Source of the DNA: Promethearchaeota archaeon
GTDB taxonomy: Archaea; Asgardarchaeota; Lokiarchaeia; Sigyniarchaeales; SOKP01
DNA length: 52,074 bases
NCBI GenBank assembly: GCA_048941015.1
Contig: JBHLNZ010000016.1
Location: 1-52,074 of the forward strand
Reading direction: 5' to 3'
Shown: in pieces, positions 1-9,222 of the stretch
Layout: each line of letters opens with the position of its first letter
Numbering within the stretch: position 1 is the first letter of the stretch
Made by a program: the position numbers and the translations under genes
The notes under the pieces: model-generated
Told to the model about the DNA's origin: nothing
What the model saw: only the letters and a program-made list of their open reading frames with translations
Databases searched by the model: none

Positions 1-693
1 TCTTACTTAGACTATTTTGACATTGTTTGGAATGAAACAAGCACTCCAGCAACATTTAATATTACAATAAAATCGAATAAATGGTTAGAGGCATCAAATT
101 GGTTCAGTAGAAATATAAATATATTTGTAATTCTTAGGGCGGAAATTGTTTTTAATGTTACTGCAAGCTCTAATGAAGGAAATATTAAAACTGAGATTCC
201 ATTTGGCGTTTCAATTGAGAATCTGATAACTAAAAGTATGAGCGGGAATATTAAACTTGATTTCGATCGTTGTATTTTGGCGGGTAATATTACTGGAACT
301 ACTAATACAGGAAATATAACATTAAATTCTTACAATGTAGAATATATCAGAAATTCCAGTTGGATTATTGATAATGATAGAGGAAACACATTATTTGATA
401 TTACCCAATACGACGAAATGGGTGCGAATATAACTGTGAAAGGAATAACTAATACAGGATTTATCAATGTTACCTATGAAGACTATACTCCAAATGTAGG
501 AGCATTTGTTAAATTGTATAATTATACCAGCATACCTCCCTATTCATGCATTTGGGAGGGATTTAATTATAACACTCCCTTATCTGGACATGAATTCATA
601 TCTTATGATTTCCCTGCTATTAATTTCTATAATATAACTCTATATCAAATAGATGGAAATTATGTTTGGAATCTTTACAGTGAACCTACCTAA
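1..693 (+). CDS. DUF4097-like beta-strand-repeat (putative surface) protein, 5'-truncated by window edge
   Basis: Frame is open from base 1 (SYLDYFDIVWNETSTPATF...) into the 238..693 ORF; repeated T(N)TGNI motifs; aligns by eye with 22304..23395. Confidence 0.65.
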   Translation, partial: SYLDYFDIVWNETSTPATFNITIKSNKWLEASNWFSRNINIFVILRAEIVFNVTASSNEGNIKTEIPFGVSIENLITKSMSGNIKLDFDRCILAGNITGTTNTGNITLNSYNVEYIRNSSWIIDNDRGNTLFDITQYDEMGANITVKGITNTGFINVTYEDYTPNVGAFVKLYNYTSIPPYSCIWEGFNYNTPLSGHEFISYDFPAINFYNITLYQIDGNYVWNLYSEPT

Positions 694-712
694 AAAATAA
701 TAAAGAATTTGT

Positions 713-2443
713 CTATTTTTCGATATAGACATGTTTAAGTATAAATTTAAAATAAGGCAACTCGTGGGGTATACCTTTTATATTTGAAGCCCAAATATCA
801 TAATCGTATGAGCAATCTAACCATATAACAGGATAAAGCTCTTCAATGAGTCGTTTTTGAATATTAAAGTAAATTACTTCTCTTTTTGTTTCATTAAATT
901 CTTCTATACCATCATCAATCCACTGTTGTATTTGCGGATCACTAAAATTAAGATGATTAAATATACCATCTGATTTATTTGAATAGACAGGATTGATATT
1001 ATCGATCGGATCATTGAAAGCAGGAGCCCAACCTGAATAAAAAAATTCCATTCCACCTGTCATAAGTTTAATATACCAGTCCCATCTTGACATATAAAGT
1101 GGTTCAATTTTTACACCTATATGTTTAAAATCATTGGAAATTGTATTATATATAAACATATGAGCTCCGTTTGGTATGCCATCTTCTACTGATATAGAAA
1201 AGTTGTATATCGCAAGGGGGTTCCCATCTGTTACTAATTGCTCCCACTCGTTACCTGCACTTACATTATTATTTGCAGTTAGACCTGTAGTATTTGGCCA
1301 GCTTGCATCAATCAGAGTTTGTCGTGCTATAGTAATGTCATAATCAGGTAGATTAAAATCTTCCCAATTAGAATAAAGCAACCCTTTTGAAAGGGGTGAC
1401 TTTACCCTCACTGCAAGTCCAGCGGTAAATACATTAAAGAAGTATGAATAATTAAGAGCATATGAGAATGCTTTTCTCATTTCTACAGGAAAAACATCAT
1501 TATTCATAGTCATGAATTTGAGTGCTTTAGATGTTTTCGTTATTAAAGTATACCCTGGAAGATTCCTATACCACTCAATTAACTCGGGATCATGAGAACC
1601 ATAGGAATATGAAAGCTCACCTGATGCCAATCCTTCCGACCTTTCCTCCCTACTTAATTGTATGAGAGTTACCTTACTTATTTGTGGTTCTCCGCCCCAA
1701 TAATCTGGATTAGCTGTGAAGGTTACCTTATCAATATATTTTTCTTCAGTTAATGTAATTGAACCCATTATAAAAGGACCGGTCCCAATTAACTTATCTG
1801 TTTCACTATCTAAGAAGTCATTTTCAGGAGTAGAAGTAGGTGATAAAATATATGTATTCCAAGCGCTTAATAATTCCCTGATAGGAACGAAAGGCTTATT
1901 TAATACAAACCTTACAGTATATTCATCAATAATTTGTGTCTTATTTATAATTGTATCTCCTTCATTATTAATGAACGCATATGGCCATGACAGATTATCT
2001 AGTAGCCTATGAATTCTATCGAAATTCCATTTAACCGCTGTAGCGTTAAATTCGGTTCCATCATGAAATTTAACTCCCTTTCTTAGTGAGCATGTGAAAT
2101 TCAAATAGTCCGGACTCCAACTGTCATTTACTGCCAAATTATAAATAGTTGGACAATTTTTAGTAAATTGATCACTAATATATAATCCTTCAATAACTTG
2201 GTCATATATAATTGTATCTGGTGACATTGATTGTATTAAAGGATCAATTGATTCACCATAATAGGCTATCGCACAAATAAGATGATCACCCTCTTCTTCG
2301 GTTAATTGTAAAACAAAAATAGTACCTCCAAAAATAATACCGAATGCAACTATACTTGTTATACCAATAGAAGCTATTTGTTTTTTATTTAGACCAAATA
2401 ATCCTTCTTTTTTTTTGATTTTATCTCCCTTTTTATGTTCCAT
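713..2443 (-). CDS. ABC transporter substrate-binding protein, family 5 (DppA/OppA-like), N-terminally membrane anchored
   Basis: LRKGVKFHDGTEFNATAVKWNFDR and IGTGPF signatures; N-terminal TM helix. Confidence 0.9.
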   Translation of the reverse strand: MEHKKGDKIKKKEGLFGLNKKQIASIGITSIVAFGIIFGGTIFVLQLTEEEGDHLICAIAYYGESIDPLIQSMSPDTIIYDQVIEGLYISDQFTKNCPTIYNLAVNDSWSPDYLNFTCSLRKGVKFHDGTEFNATAVKWNFDRIHRLLDNLSWPYAFINNEGDTIINKTQIIDEYTVRFVLNKPFVPIRELLSAWNTYILSPTSTPENDFLDSETDKLIGTGPFIMGSITLTEEKYIDKVTFTANPDYWGGEPQISKVTLIQLSREERSEGLASGELSYSYGSHDPELIEWYRNLPGYTLITKTSKALKFMTMNNDVFPVEMRKAFSYALNYSYFFNVFTAGLAVRVKSPLSKGLLYSNWEDFNLPDYDITIARQTLIDASWPNTTGLTANNNVSAGNEWEQLVTDGNPLAIYNFSISVEDGIPNGAHMFIYNTISNDFKHIGVKIEPLYMSRWDWYIKLMTGGMEFFYSGWAPAFNDPIDNINPVYSNKSDGIFNHLNFSDPQIQQWIDDGIEEFNETKREVIYFNIQKRLIEELYPVIWLDCSYDYDIWASNIKGIPHELPYFKFILKHVYIEK

Positions 2444-2651
2444 ATATTACCATCTTTCCTTAAATGATTAACTCTATACCTAATTTTTGAGTAAAAATGT
2501 ATGGGTCTCTAAAATAATTTATAATAATGATATAAGAAGTAGATATGATAATGAATTATATAATATTTTTTCTTTTTTTATCAAAAAACGAAATGTAATC
2601 TTCTAAAAATGATCGAATTTTATAAACCTTTATTTGTTTCAATTGAATGCT

Positions 2652-3359
2652 TTATTTAAGAATAAAGTAAATTCTTCGGTTATCTTTTCCTTTATTTACA
2701 GTCTTTATTACTTCAATCTCACCAATTTCTTTCAAGTTTTTTACATGTGTTCCGCCATCTACTTGTTCATCAATATCTCCAATTTTAACAATGCGAAACT
2801 CTTTAATTTCATTTGGTAACCCTATCGCCAGCCTTGCTAATTCTGGTTTTTTCAGGACACTTTCACGATCCATATAGTCGATAGATACCGCTAATTCTTT
2901 TTTAATAATTTTATTCGCCTCATCAACAAACTCTTTTAGTTTATCAGGTGAATAATTTTGCATAGAAAAATCCATTCGTGTCTTATCCAATTCTATTTGA
3001 TTTCCAGTGATCTTTGCATCTGCTCTTCTGAAAAGAATGTTTGAAATGAGATGTGAAGCAGTATGATAACGCATATAAGTATATCGTCTATCCCAATCAA
3101 GTTCGCAGGAAACTTGGTCGCCGACTTTAAGTCCTGGTTTATCAACCTCATGGCTAATTTCCCCTGAAAATTTTCCAACATAGATTACTTTATATTTTTC
3201 TTCATTTTTTATTATATAGCCTTCATCCCAAGGTTGACCACCTCCTTTAGGATAAAAAGCAGTTTTATCAAGAACAATATATTTACCGTCTTTTATACTA
3301 ACAACTTTTGCGTCCCATGTTTTCAGATATGAATTATCCATGTATAGTGCTTCTGTCAT
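2652..3359 (-). CDS. alaXM: Stand-alone alanyl-tRNA editing protein (AlaX-M type)
   Basis: LDKTAFYPKGGGQPWD, MRYHTASH (HxxxH) and DGGTH motifs; 235 aa. Confidence 0.9.
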   Translation of the reverse strand: MTEALYMDNSYLKTWDAKVVSIKDGKYIVLDKTAFYPKGGGQPWDEGYIIKNEEKYKVIYVGKFSGEISHEVDKPGLKVGDQVSCELDWDRRYTYMRYHTASHLISNILFRRADAKITGNQIELDKTRMDFSMQNYSPDKLKEFVDEANKIIKKELAVSIDYMDRESVLKKPELARLAIGLPNEIKEFRIVKIGDIDEQVDGGTHVKNLKEIGEIEVIKTVNKGKDNRRIYFILK

Positions 3360-3467
3360 ATGACTAAAGAACGATTTGTCTTTTAAAATATTAATGCTTG
3401 TTTATAAGGAAATAAAACATAGGAATTTATTTTTATATTTTTTTGCTTCTCCGTTCCTATTAGTCAA

Positions 3468-3629
3468 TTAGGCTTCATTATGCTCATAAAGCTCATTATC
3501 TGGTTTAGCTCCGCAAAAAGCTTGAACTTGAAAAAACTTCATTTCCTTTGCACAGTTTTCACAATAATAATTACCAGGCTCTTTATTTTCTATTGAAAGA
3601 CCACATTCTTTACACATTACTACTTTCAT
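3468..3629 (-). CDS. Small CxxC-x13-CxxC zinc-finger protein (53 aa)
   Basis: Manual translation MKVVMCKECGLSIENKEPGNYYCENCAKEMKFFQVQAFCGAKPDNELYEHNEA*; below ORF-track cutoff. Confidence 0.7.
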   Translation of the reverse strand: MKVVMCKECGLSIENKEPGNYYCENCAKEMKFFQVQAFCGAKPDNELYEHNEA

Positions 3630-3749
3630 ATTATTCAAATGCTCATTATGGTTTTAAAAAGTTCATTTTATAATTTAAATAGATAATGTCAATTACATAA
3701 AATAGGGATAAGTTATCTTCTACTATTTGTAATAATTTAAAATTTCTTA

Positions 3750-3820
3750 TAGGATTTGAAAAATCTAAACCCTTACAAGGGTAGTCAACTTGTATCTAAT
3801 ATTTCTATACAAGCATCATT
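3750..3820. other. Cluster of adjacent hairpins, candidate structured RNA
   Basis: Inverted repeats gattt/aaatc (3753-3765), accct/agggt (3769-3782), cttgtat/atacaag (3789-3813). Confidence 0.35.
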
Positions 3821-3860
3821 CTTTTAGTTTTTATTTAATTTTCGGGGTATTCTGAGTTTA

Positions 3861-3971
3861 TCATTTAAATCTTAATGTCATGAAATATGTCATTTTTTTG
3901 CATATATGGCAATAATAATATCCTTCTTCATTGCCACGTACAAGACTTTTACAATTTAAACAGAATATCAT
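3861..3971 (-). CDS. Small CxxC-x13-CxxC zinc-finger protein (36 aa)
   Basis: Manual translation MIFCLNCKSLVRGNEEGYYYCHICKKMTYFMTLRFK*; same Cys spacing and GxYYC motif as 3468..3629. Confidence 0.6.
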   Translation of the reverse strand: MIFCLNCKSLVRGNEEGYYYCHICKKMTYFMTLRFK

Positions 3972-4129
3972 ATTAATGTAAAATTAGTAAAAAAAAATTA
4001 TAAATTTTTTAATTATAAAATAAATGAACATTTGGACTTTGCATTATCTTTATTACTTAATAATTCGATTGATTATATATTCATATAATCTAAATCAAAA
4101 GTTAAACAATATCGGTAAAGGAATGCTAA

Positions 4130-5104
4130 ATGCTGTATTTTATATTTATTTATAATTCTGAAACTGGAGATCTTTTATATGACAAAGATTTAAACGTTTC
4201 AAATGAAAGACAAATGGATCTATTCGGTTCTTTTTATACAGCTTTAAAGACATTCCTTGGTGGAGTTATGGGAACAGCTATGGAAAGTATAAGAACAGTT
4301 GGATTAGGACAATTTAATGCATATGTTATTAATCACTCAGAATTATCTATAGATTTAGTACTAGTCGCTGAAAAGGAAGATTTTAAAGATATTGATAGAA
4401 TTAGTGAAAAAATGTCCGAATTAATATTGAAATATAAATCATTATTTATAGAAGGGACTGTTCAAGCAGATAATTTTAAAGAATTCGATGAAGCTGTTAA
4501 TAATTTAATACTTTCAGAAAAAAAAGTAGTAGACCCATTACTATTAATCGAAAAAAAGGGAGATATTTTAAAATCAATTTGGAATCAAAGAGGAAAATTT
4601 TCTGAACAATTAAGGGAAGAAAGAGAAAAACAAAGAGAAATGTCCTCAAAAGAGATTGGAATTTTATCTGAATTATATTCAAATGAAAGCAATTTTCTTA
4701 AAAAATTTAATATATGCCAAAGAGTTATCGATATTGCAGAATCTATAGAAGATGAGAGGACAATGGTTGAATATCAAAAAATTGCTAAAACCATAATTGA
4801 TGAAATTGAAGATAGAAAAATAAGATTGGAACACTATTTATTACGAACTAAACAATCTTTAAAAGATGCAATTGATAGTTTATATGGCGCTTCTATGACA
4901 CAGGGACAATATCGAGATGTATATTCAAGCCTTTATTCATTCAGTTCAAAATTAAAAAACCTTGCTTCAATTGAAACTCGACAGAAATATATAAAGATGG
5001 CAAATAAATTATTGGAGCCTCTCAAAATACCTAAAGAAGAACTTTTTAAGACCATTCATGAAATTGAGAATATGAATAATGATATTGAATCATATTTTGT
5101 CTAA
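4130..5104 (+). CDS. Longin-like N-terminal domain plus helical/coiled-coil C-terminal region
   Basis: beta-beta-alpha-beta-beta-beta-alpha pattern (YFIFIYNSETGDLLY...LFGSFYTALKTF...LVLVAE) typical of longin folds. Confidence 0.6.
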   Translation: MLYFIFIYNSETGDLLYDKDLNVSNERQMDLFGSFYTALKTFLGGVMGTAMESIRTVGLGQFNAYVINHSELSIDLVLVAEKEDFKDIDRISEKMSELILKYKSLFIEGTVQADNFKEFDEAVNNLILSEKKVVDPLLLIEKKGDILKSIWNQRGKFSEQLREEREKQREMSSKEIGILSELYSNESNFLKKFNICQRVIDIAESIEDERTMVEYQKIAKTIIDEIEDRKIRLEHYLLRTKQSLKDAIDSLYGASMTQGQYRDVYSSLYSFSSKLKNLASIETRQKYIKMANKLLEPLKIPKEELFKTIHEIENMNNDIESYFV

Positions 5105-5216
5105 CTTATTTATTGTTTATATCTGATTACTAATCAAGAATTTAAAGTAAAATTATAAATTTCATAGAAATTAATATATTTCTGATAGTTTTCATATTTA
5201 GTATTAAAATTTTTTT

Positions 5217-6269
5217 TTGGTTAGTGGAAATTCTATGAATTACGTCATCTATAAGGGCGAAAAATTTGAAGTTAAAAATGATTTTCTTGATTTAGGACTT
5301 CTGGAAATTACGAATATTCAAGAGGTTGAAGGTTTAGAAAAAATATCAGTTAAGCATTTAGAATTAAGCTCAAATGAAATACAAGAAATAAAAGGAATAG
5401 AAACAATAAAGAAATTAGAAATTTTAAATCTTGGGAGTAATAATATCGAAAATATATCTGGACTAAATAAGTTAAAAGATTTGAAAATCTTACATTTAGC
5501 TTCAAATCAAATTGAAGATATAAAGGGTTTAGATAATCTTTCAAGTTTAAATGAATTATATTTAAGGGGAAATCAGATAAGTGAGCTTAAGGGATTAGAT
5601 AGCCTTAGTTCTCTTGAAAAGTTAGATCTGTCTTGGAATATGATTTCAAAGATTAAAGGTTTAGATTCTCTTCATAAGTTGAAAGTGTTATGGCTTGCCG
5701 GAAATCAGATTGAGAAAATTGACGGTTTTGATAATTTAAAACAATTAGAAGTGCTTAATCTTGCAGGCAATAAGATAAAAGAAATTGAAGGTTTAAATAA
5801 TCTAAGCAACCTAAAAGAATTATATCTTAATGAAAATTCTATAGAAGAATTGAAAGGCTTCGATACCCTTGAGAATTTAGAAACTCTGTGGATTACTTCA
5901 AATCAGATTGAAAGCATTAAAGGATTAGAGAAATTATCAAATTTAAAAGTTTTAAACTTAAAACAAAATAAAATAGACGAAATTAAGGGATTATATCCAT
6001 TAGTCAATTTAAGCAAGCTATTTTTATCTAATAATGAAATTTCTGTCATAAAAGGCCTCGAGACCATTCAAAAACTCGAAACTCTTGATTTAGGTGAAAA
6101 TCAAATTACTGAAATAAGTGGATTAGAATCATTAATGAACTTAAAAGATCTATGGCTAAATGGAAATATGATTGATGAAAAGTTGATTAATGAATTAGGC
6201 GGATTAGATTCAAGTGGTTGCGCATATGATGCTTTAAAGTTCGTACAATATTGCCTTGTGAATTTATAG
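5217..6269 (+). CDS. Leucine-rich repeat protein (SDS22/internalin-like, about 13 x 22-aa repeats)
   Basis: LxxLxLxxNxIxxIxGLxxL repeats; start may be the ATG at 5235. Confidence 0.92.
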   Translation: MVSGNSMNYVIYKGEKFEVKNDFLDLGLLEITNIQEVEGLEKISVKHLELSSNEIQEIKGIETIKKLEILNLGSNNIENISGLNKLKDLKILHLASNQIEDIKGLDNLSSLNELYLRGNQISELKGLDSLSSLEKLDLSWNMISKIKGLDSLHKLKVLWLAGNQIEKIDGFDNLKQLEVLNLAGNKIKEIEGLNNLSNLKELYLNENSIEELKGFDTLENLETLWITSNQIESIKGLEKLSNLKVLNLKQNKIDEIKGLYPLVNLSKLFLSNNEISVIKGLETIQKLETLDLGENQITEISGLESLMNLKDLWLNGNMIDEKLINELGGLDSSGCAYDALKFVQYCLVNL

Positions 6270-6335
6270 GTTATCATATAAAACTATTAATATTTTTAAA
6301 TTCCTATGTTTATTTAGATTAGAGGTAAATTATTA

Positions 6336-7592
6336 ATGATTCCAAGACCAAATCCTTATGAAACTCGGAAAAAGCAATTAGAAATTGCTGCTAAACTTCT
6401 CAATCTTCATCCAAATACAATTGAGTATTTAAAACGTGTTGAGAGATCATTAATTGTATCTATTCCGATTATTATGGATGATGGTTCCTTGAGAATTTTT
6501 GAAGGTTATAGAGTTCATCATTCCACACTCCGTGGACCAGCGAAAGGAGGTGTACGATATGCTTCAGATTTAACCCTTGACGATGTTAAAGCCCTTGCTT
6601 TTTTAATGACTTATAGATGTGCGCTCCTTGATCTACCTCTCGGTGGTTCTAAAGGAGGAGTACGTGTTGATGTAAAAAAATTGTCTAAGAGCGAATTAGA
6701 AAAACTTACCAGAAGATATACAGCAGAAATTATTAACATTATTGGTCCAGATATAGATATTCTTACACCTGATTTAAATACTGATGAGCAGACAATGGCT
6801 TGGATTATGGATGTTTATTCTATGCAAAAAGGCAGATCTGTTCCCGGTGTTGTTACCGGTAAACCTCTTGAAATCGGAGGAACTGTTGGACGAGCGGATG
6901 CTGATGGTATTGGATTGTTTTATATCCTTGAAACTCTGTGTAATAAGCTAAATTGGGATTTACAGTCATTAAATATTGTAATTCAAGGTTTTGGAAAAGT
7001 AGGACTGGTAATTGCAAAAAAATTGTTCGAATCTGGTTGTAAAATTATCGCAATATCCGAAACTGCTGGAGGAATTTATTCCGAAAAAGGATTAAACATC
7101 GATAAATTAATAGAATGGAAAGAAAAAGGAGAATTATTAAAAGATTTTAATGATAAAAATCTAAAAAATATTACGAATATAGAATTATTTAGTATAAAGT
7201 GTGATATTTTAATACCTGCTGCCATAGAAAATCAGATTACAAGCAAAAATGTTGAAAAGGTGGATTGTAAAATTATTCTTGAAGGCGCAGATGGTCCTGT
7301 CACTAGCAAAGCAGATAGAATCTTGAATAAAAAAGGAATAATGGTTGTTCCAGATATTTTAGCAAGTTCGGGAGATGTGATAGTCTCTTATTTTGAATAT
7401 ATCCAAGGTATTCATGCTTATTATTGGGATTTAGAAAGGGTCTATCGAGAGATGAAAGAGATACTTTTAAAGACTTTTGAAAGTGTATGGAAATTAGCAA
7501 AAGAAAAAAAAATTTCTTTAAGAAATGCAGCTTATATGATTGCAATTAAAAAAGTAGCAAGAACACATGAATTAAGAGGCTTATTCCCTTAA
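6336..7592 (+). CDS. Glu/Leu/Phe/Val dehydrogenase family protein (GDH-like, divergent active site)
   Basis: GPAKGGVRY, GGSKGG, VVTGKP, QGFGKVG motifs. Confidence 0.88.
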   Translation: MIPRPNPYETRKKQLEIAAKLLNLHPNTIEYLKRVERSLIVSIPIIMDDGSLRIFEGYRVHHSTLRGPAKGGVRYASDLTLDDVKALAFLMTYRCALLDLPLGGSKGGVRVDVKKLSKSELEKLTRRYTAEIINIIGPDIDILTPDLNTDEQTMAWIMDVYSMQKGRSVPGVVTGKPLEIGGTVGRADADGIGLFYILETLCNKLNWDLQSLNIVIQGFGKVGLVIAKKLFESGCKIIAISETAGGIYSEKGLNIDKLIEWKEKGELLKDFNDKNLKNITNIELFSIKCDILIPAAIENQITSKNVEKVDCKIILEGADGPVTSKADRILNKKGIMVVPDILASSGDVIVSYFEYIQGIHAYYWDLERVYREMKEILLKTFESVWKLAKEKKISLRNAAYMIAIKKVARTHELRGLFP

Positions 7593-8348
7593 AATAAACT
7601 TAATTACATTTTCAATTTCTTTATAACTTGAAGTATCTAATGGTAAATCAATTAATGCTTTACCTTCCAAGTCAAATTCTCTAATTAAATGATCATCAGA
7701 AATTTGTCCGAAAAGTGGTAATTGAAGGCTATTTAATTTATCTATAATTTTAGAATAATCTCCTCTGGCCTTATTAAGAATAATTCCTAACTTTTGATAG
7801 TTCGTAAATTTATCAGCACTTTTTTTAATAGATAAAGCTGTTTCGATACTTCTTAGGGACATGTCTACAACGATTAATAAGATATCTATTGTTTCGATTA
7901 CCATTCGGTTAATCTGTTCCAAACCTGCTTCACAATCTATTAAAACAATTTCAAAATCTTTTGAAATCGATTCAATTACTCTTTTTAATAAAGTGTTAGA
8001 AGGGCAAAAACAACCAGGACCTTCAGGTTGACCAATTGAAAATAAACTAAAATCTTTGCATTCATTTATAGCATTATAAACTTCAAAATCGATATTCTCA
8101 GCTAAATCCTTAATAGATTTCTCTTTATTTAATGTTCTTTCGATAGCATCTGCCCTTACTTGTTCAAGAGTTTTCTGAGGAGTAATTTTAACCATTTTAC
8201 TTAAATGAGGGTGAGTAGGATCGGCATCAATTAATAGTAATTTATAGTTAAATTTTTGAATAAGTGCTTTAGCTATTAATGTGGTAATCACTGTCTTCCC
8301 AACTCCCCCTTTTCCTGCTATAGCAATTATTAGTGGATTATTAGATAT
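7581..8348 (-). CDS. CooC/AcsF-like nickel-insertion ATPase (MinD/ParA superfamily)
   Basis: Walker A AGKGGVGKT lies upstream of the tracked start; IDADP, GPGCFCP, IDCEAGLE motifs; probable ATA start at 8348 after GGTGA. Confidence 0.85.
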   Translation of the reverse strand: MSNNPLIIAIAGKGGVGKTVITTLIAKALIQKFNYKLLLIDADPTHPHLSKMVKITPQKTLEQVRADAIERTLNKEKSIKDLAENIDFEVYNAINECKDFSLFSIGQPEGPGCFCPSNTLLKRVIESISKDFEIVLIDCEAGLEQINRMVIETIDILLIVVDMSLRSIETALSIKKSADKFTNYQKLGIILNKARGDYSKIIDKLNSLQLPLFGQISDDHLIREFDLEGKALIDLPLDTSSYKEIENVIKFILRE

Positions 8349-8372
8349 TTTTTCTCACCTTCGCATCTGACT

Positions 8373-9134
8373 TTAAATCTTGTCCCTATTGTTCAATAAT
8401 TGTTTTATATCACTACATTCGTCTTGATATGGACATATTTCACAAGCCCAATCATAGTCACAATCGACTCTTTTTTTCCATTGTTCGACTTTATTCTTCC
8501 AGTTCTCCCTGGATCTTTTAATTATTTCTGAAGATAACTCAATGAATTCTTGGATTGAAGATGGATAAGAATTAATAAAAAAAATCTCGATGGATTTAAT
8601 CAGCTTTCCAAATTTTTGCCTATATAAATAGATAATAGCATTTCCTAAAAATTCAAAAGAAAAATTTTTATCAATGACTATAGAATTAATTCTACACCAG
8701 AACCTTCGAGGAATCGTTCTTATCATAAATCCTTCAATACCATTTGATATAAAATTAAGATGCTTTAATGCCTCGATTTCTTTACTATGATTATCATTTA
8801 TAGCGATTAAAATAAAGATACCAAAATCTATTTTAGATTCTTCAATTTCTCCAATTTCATGACCTAATAATGTTATATTTCCATCCTTAATTAAATTTGA
8901 ATCATCCACGATGTGTATTATCGAAAAGGAATTCTTATTAATCCCTCCCAACTCAAGTTTAGTTTCTTCTTGTAATATGATTTCCTTATTATTATTCAAC
9001 TCCACATTAATTTTAAATTTCTGAAAATAATTTGAAAAATTAGATTGGGATTGATAAATTCTTACCTTTTTCCTAGTATTTCTCTCCTTAATGAAAAAAT
9101 TACTTATATCTTTAAGAAAAATTTTATCTTGCAT
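8373..9134 (-). CDS. Protein resembling part of CO dehydrogenase/acetyl-CoA synthase beta subunit, with C-terminal Cys cluster
   Basis: LELGG, IEGFMIR...WCRI, C-terminal C-x5-CxxC-x5-C; adjacent to cooC-like gene; start reassigned to ATG 9134 to avoid overlap. Confidence 0.55.
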   Translation of the reverse strand: MQDKIFLKDISNFFIKERNTRKKVRIYQSQSNFSNYFQKFKINVELNNNKEIILQEETKLELGGINKNSFSIIHIVDDSNLIKDGNITLLGHEIGEIEESKIDFGIFILIAINDNHSKEIEALKHLNFISNGIEGFMIRTIPRRFWCRINSIVIDKNFSFEFLGNAIIYLYRQKFGKLIKSIEIFFINSYPSSIQEFIELSSEIIKRSRENWKNKVEQWKKRVDCDYDWACEICPYQDECSDIKQLLNNRDKI

Positions 9135-9222
9135 ACAATTTGAAAGAAATTTTGCTAAGTAATATATAGTTGGTATTAAATTCAATCTATAAGAATAATA
9201 AAAAAGTAGAGAATTAATATTT

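Noticed and set aside
5340-6170. 66-nt periodicity suggesting a repeat array/CRISPR
   Set aside because: Explained by LRR coding repeats; no identical repeats with unique spacers
7581-7592. Convergent 3' overlaps (also 37257..37260)
   Set aside because: Short tail-to-tail overlaps are common in compact archaeal genomes
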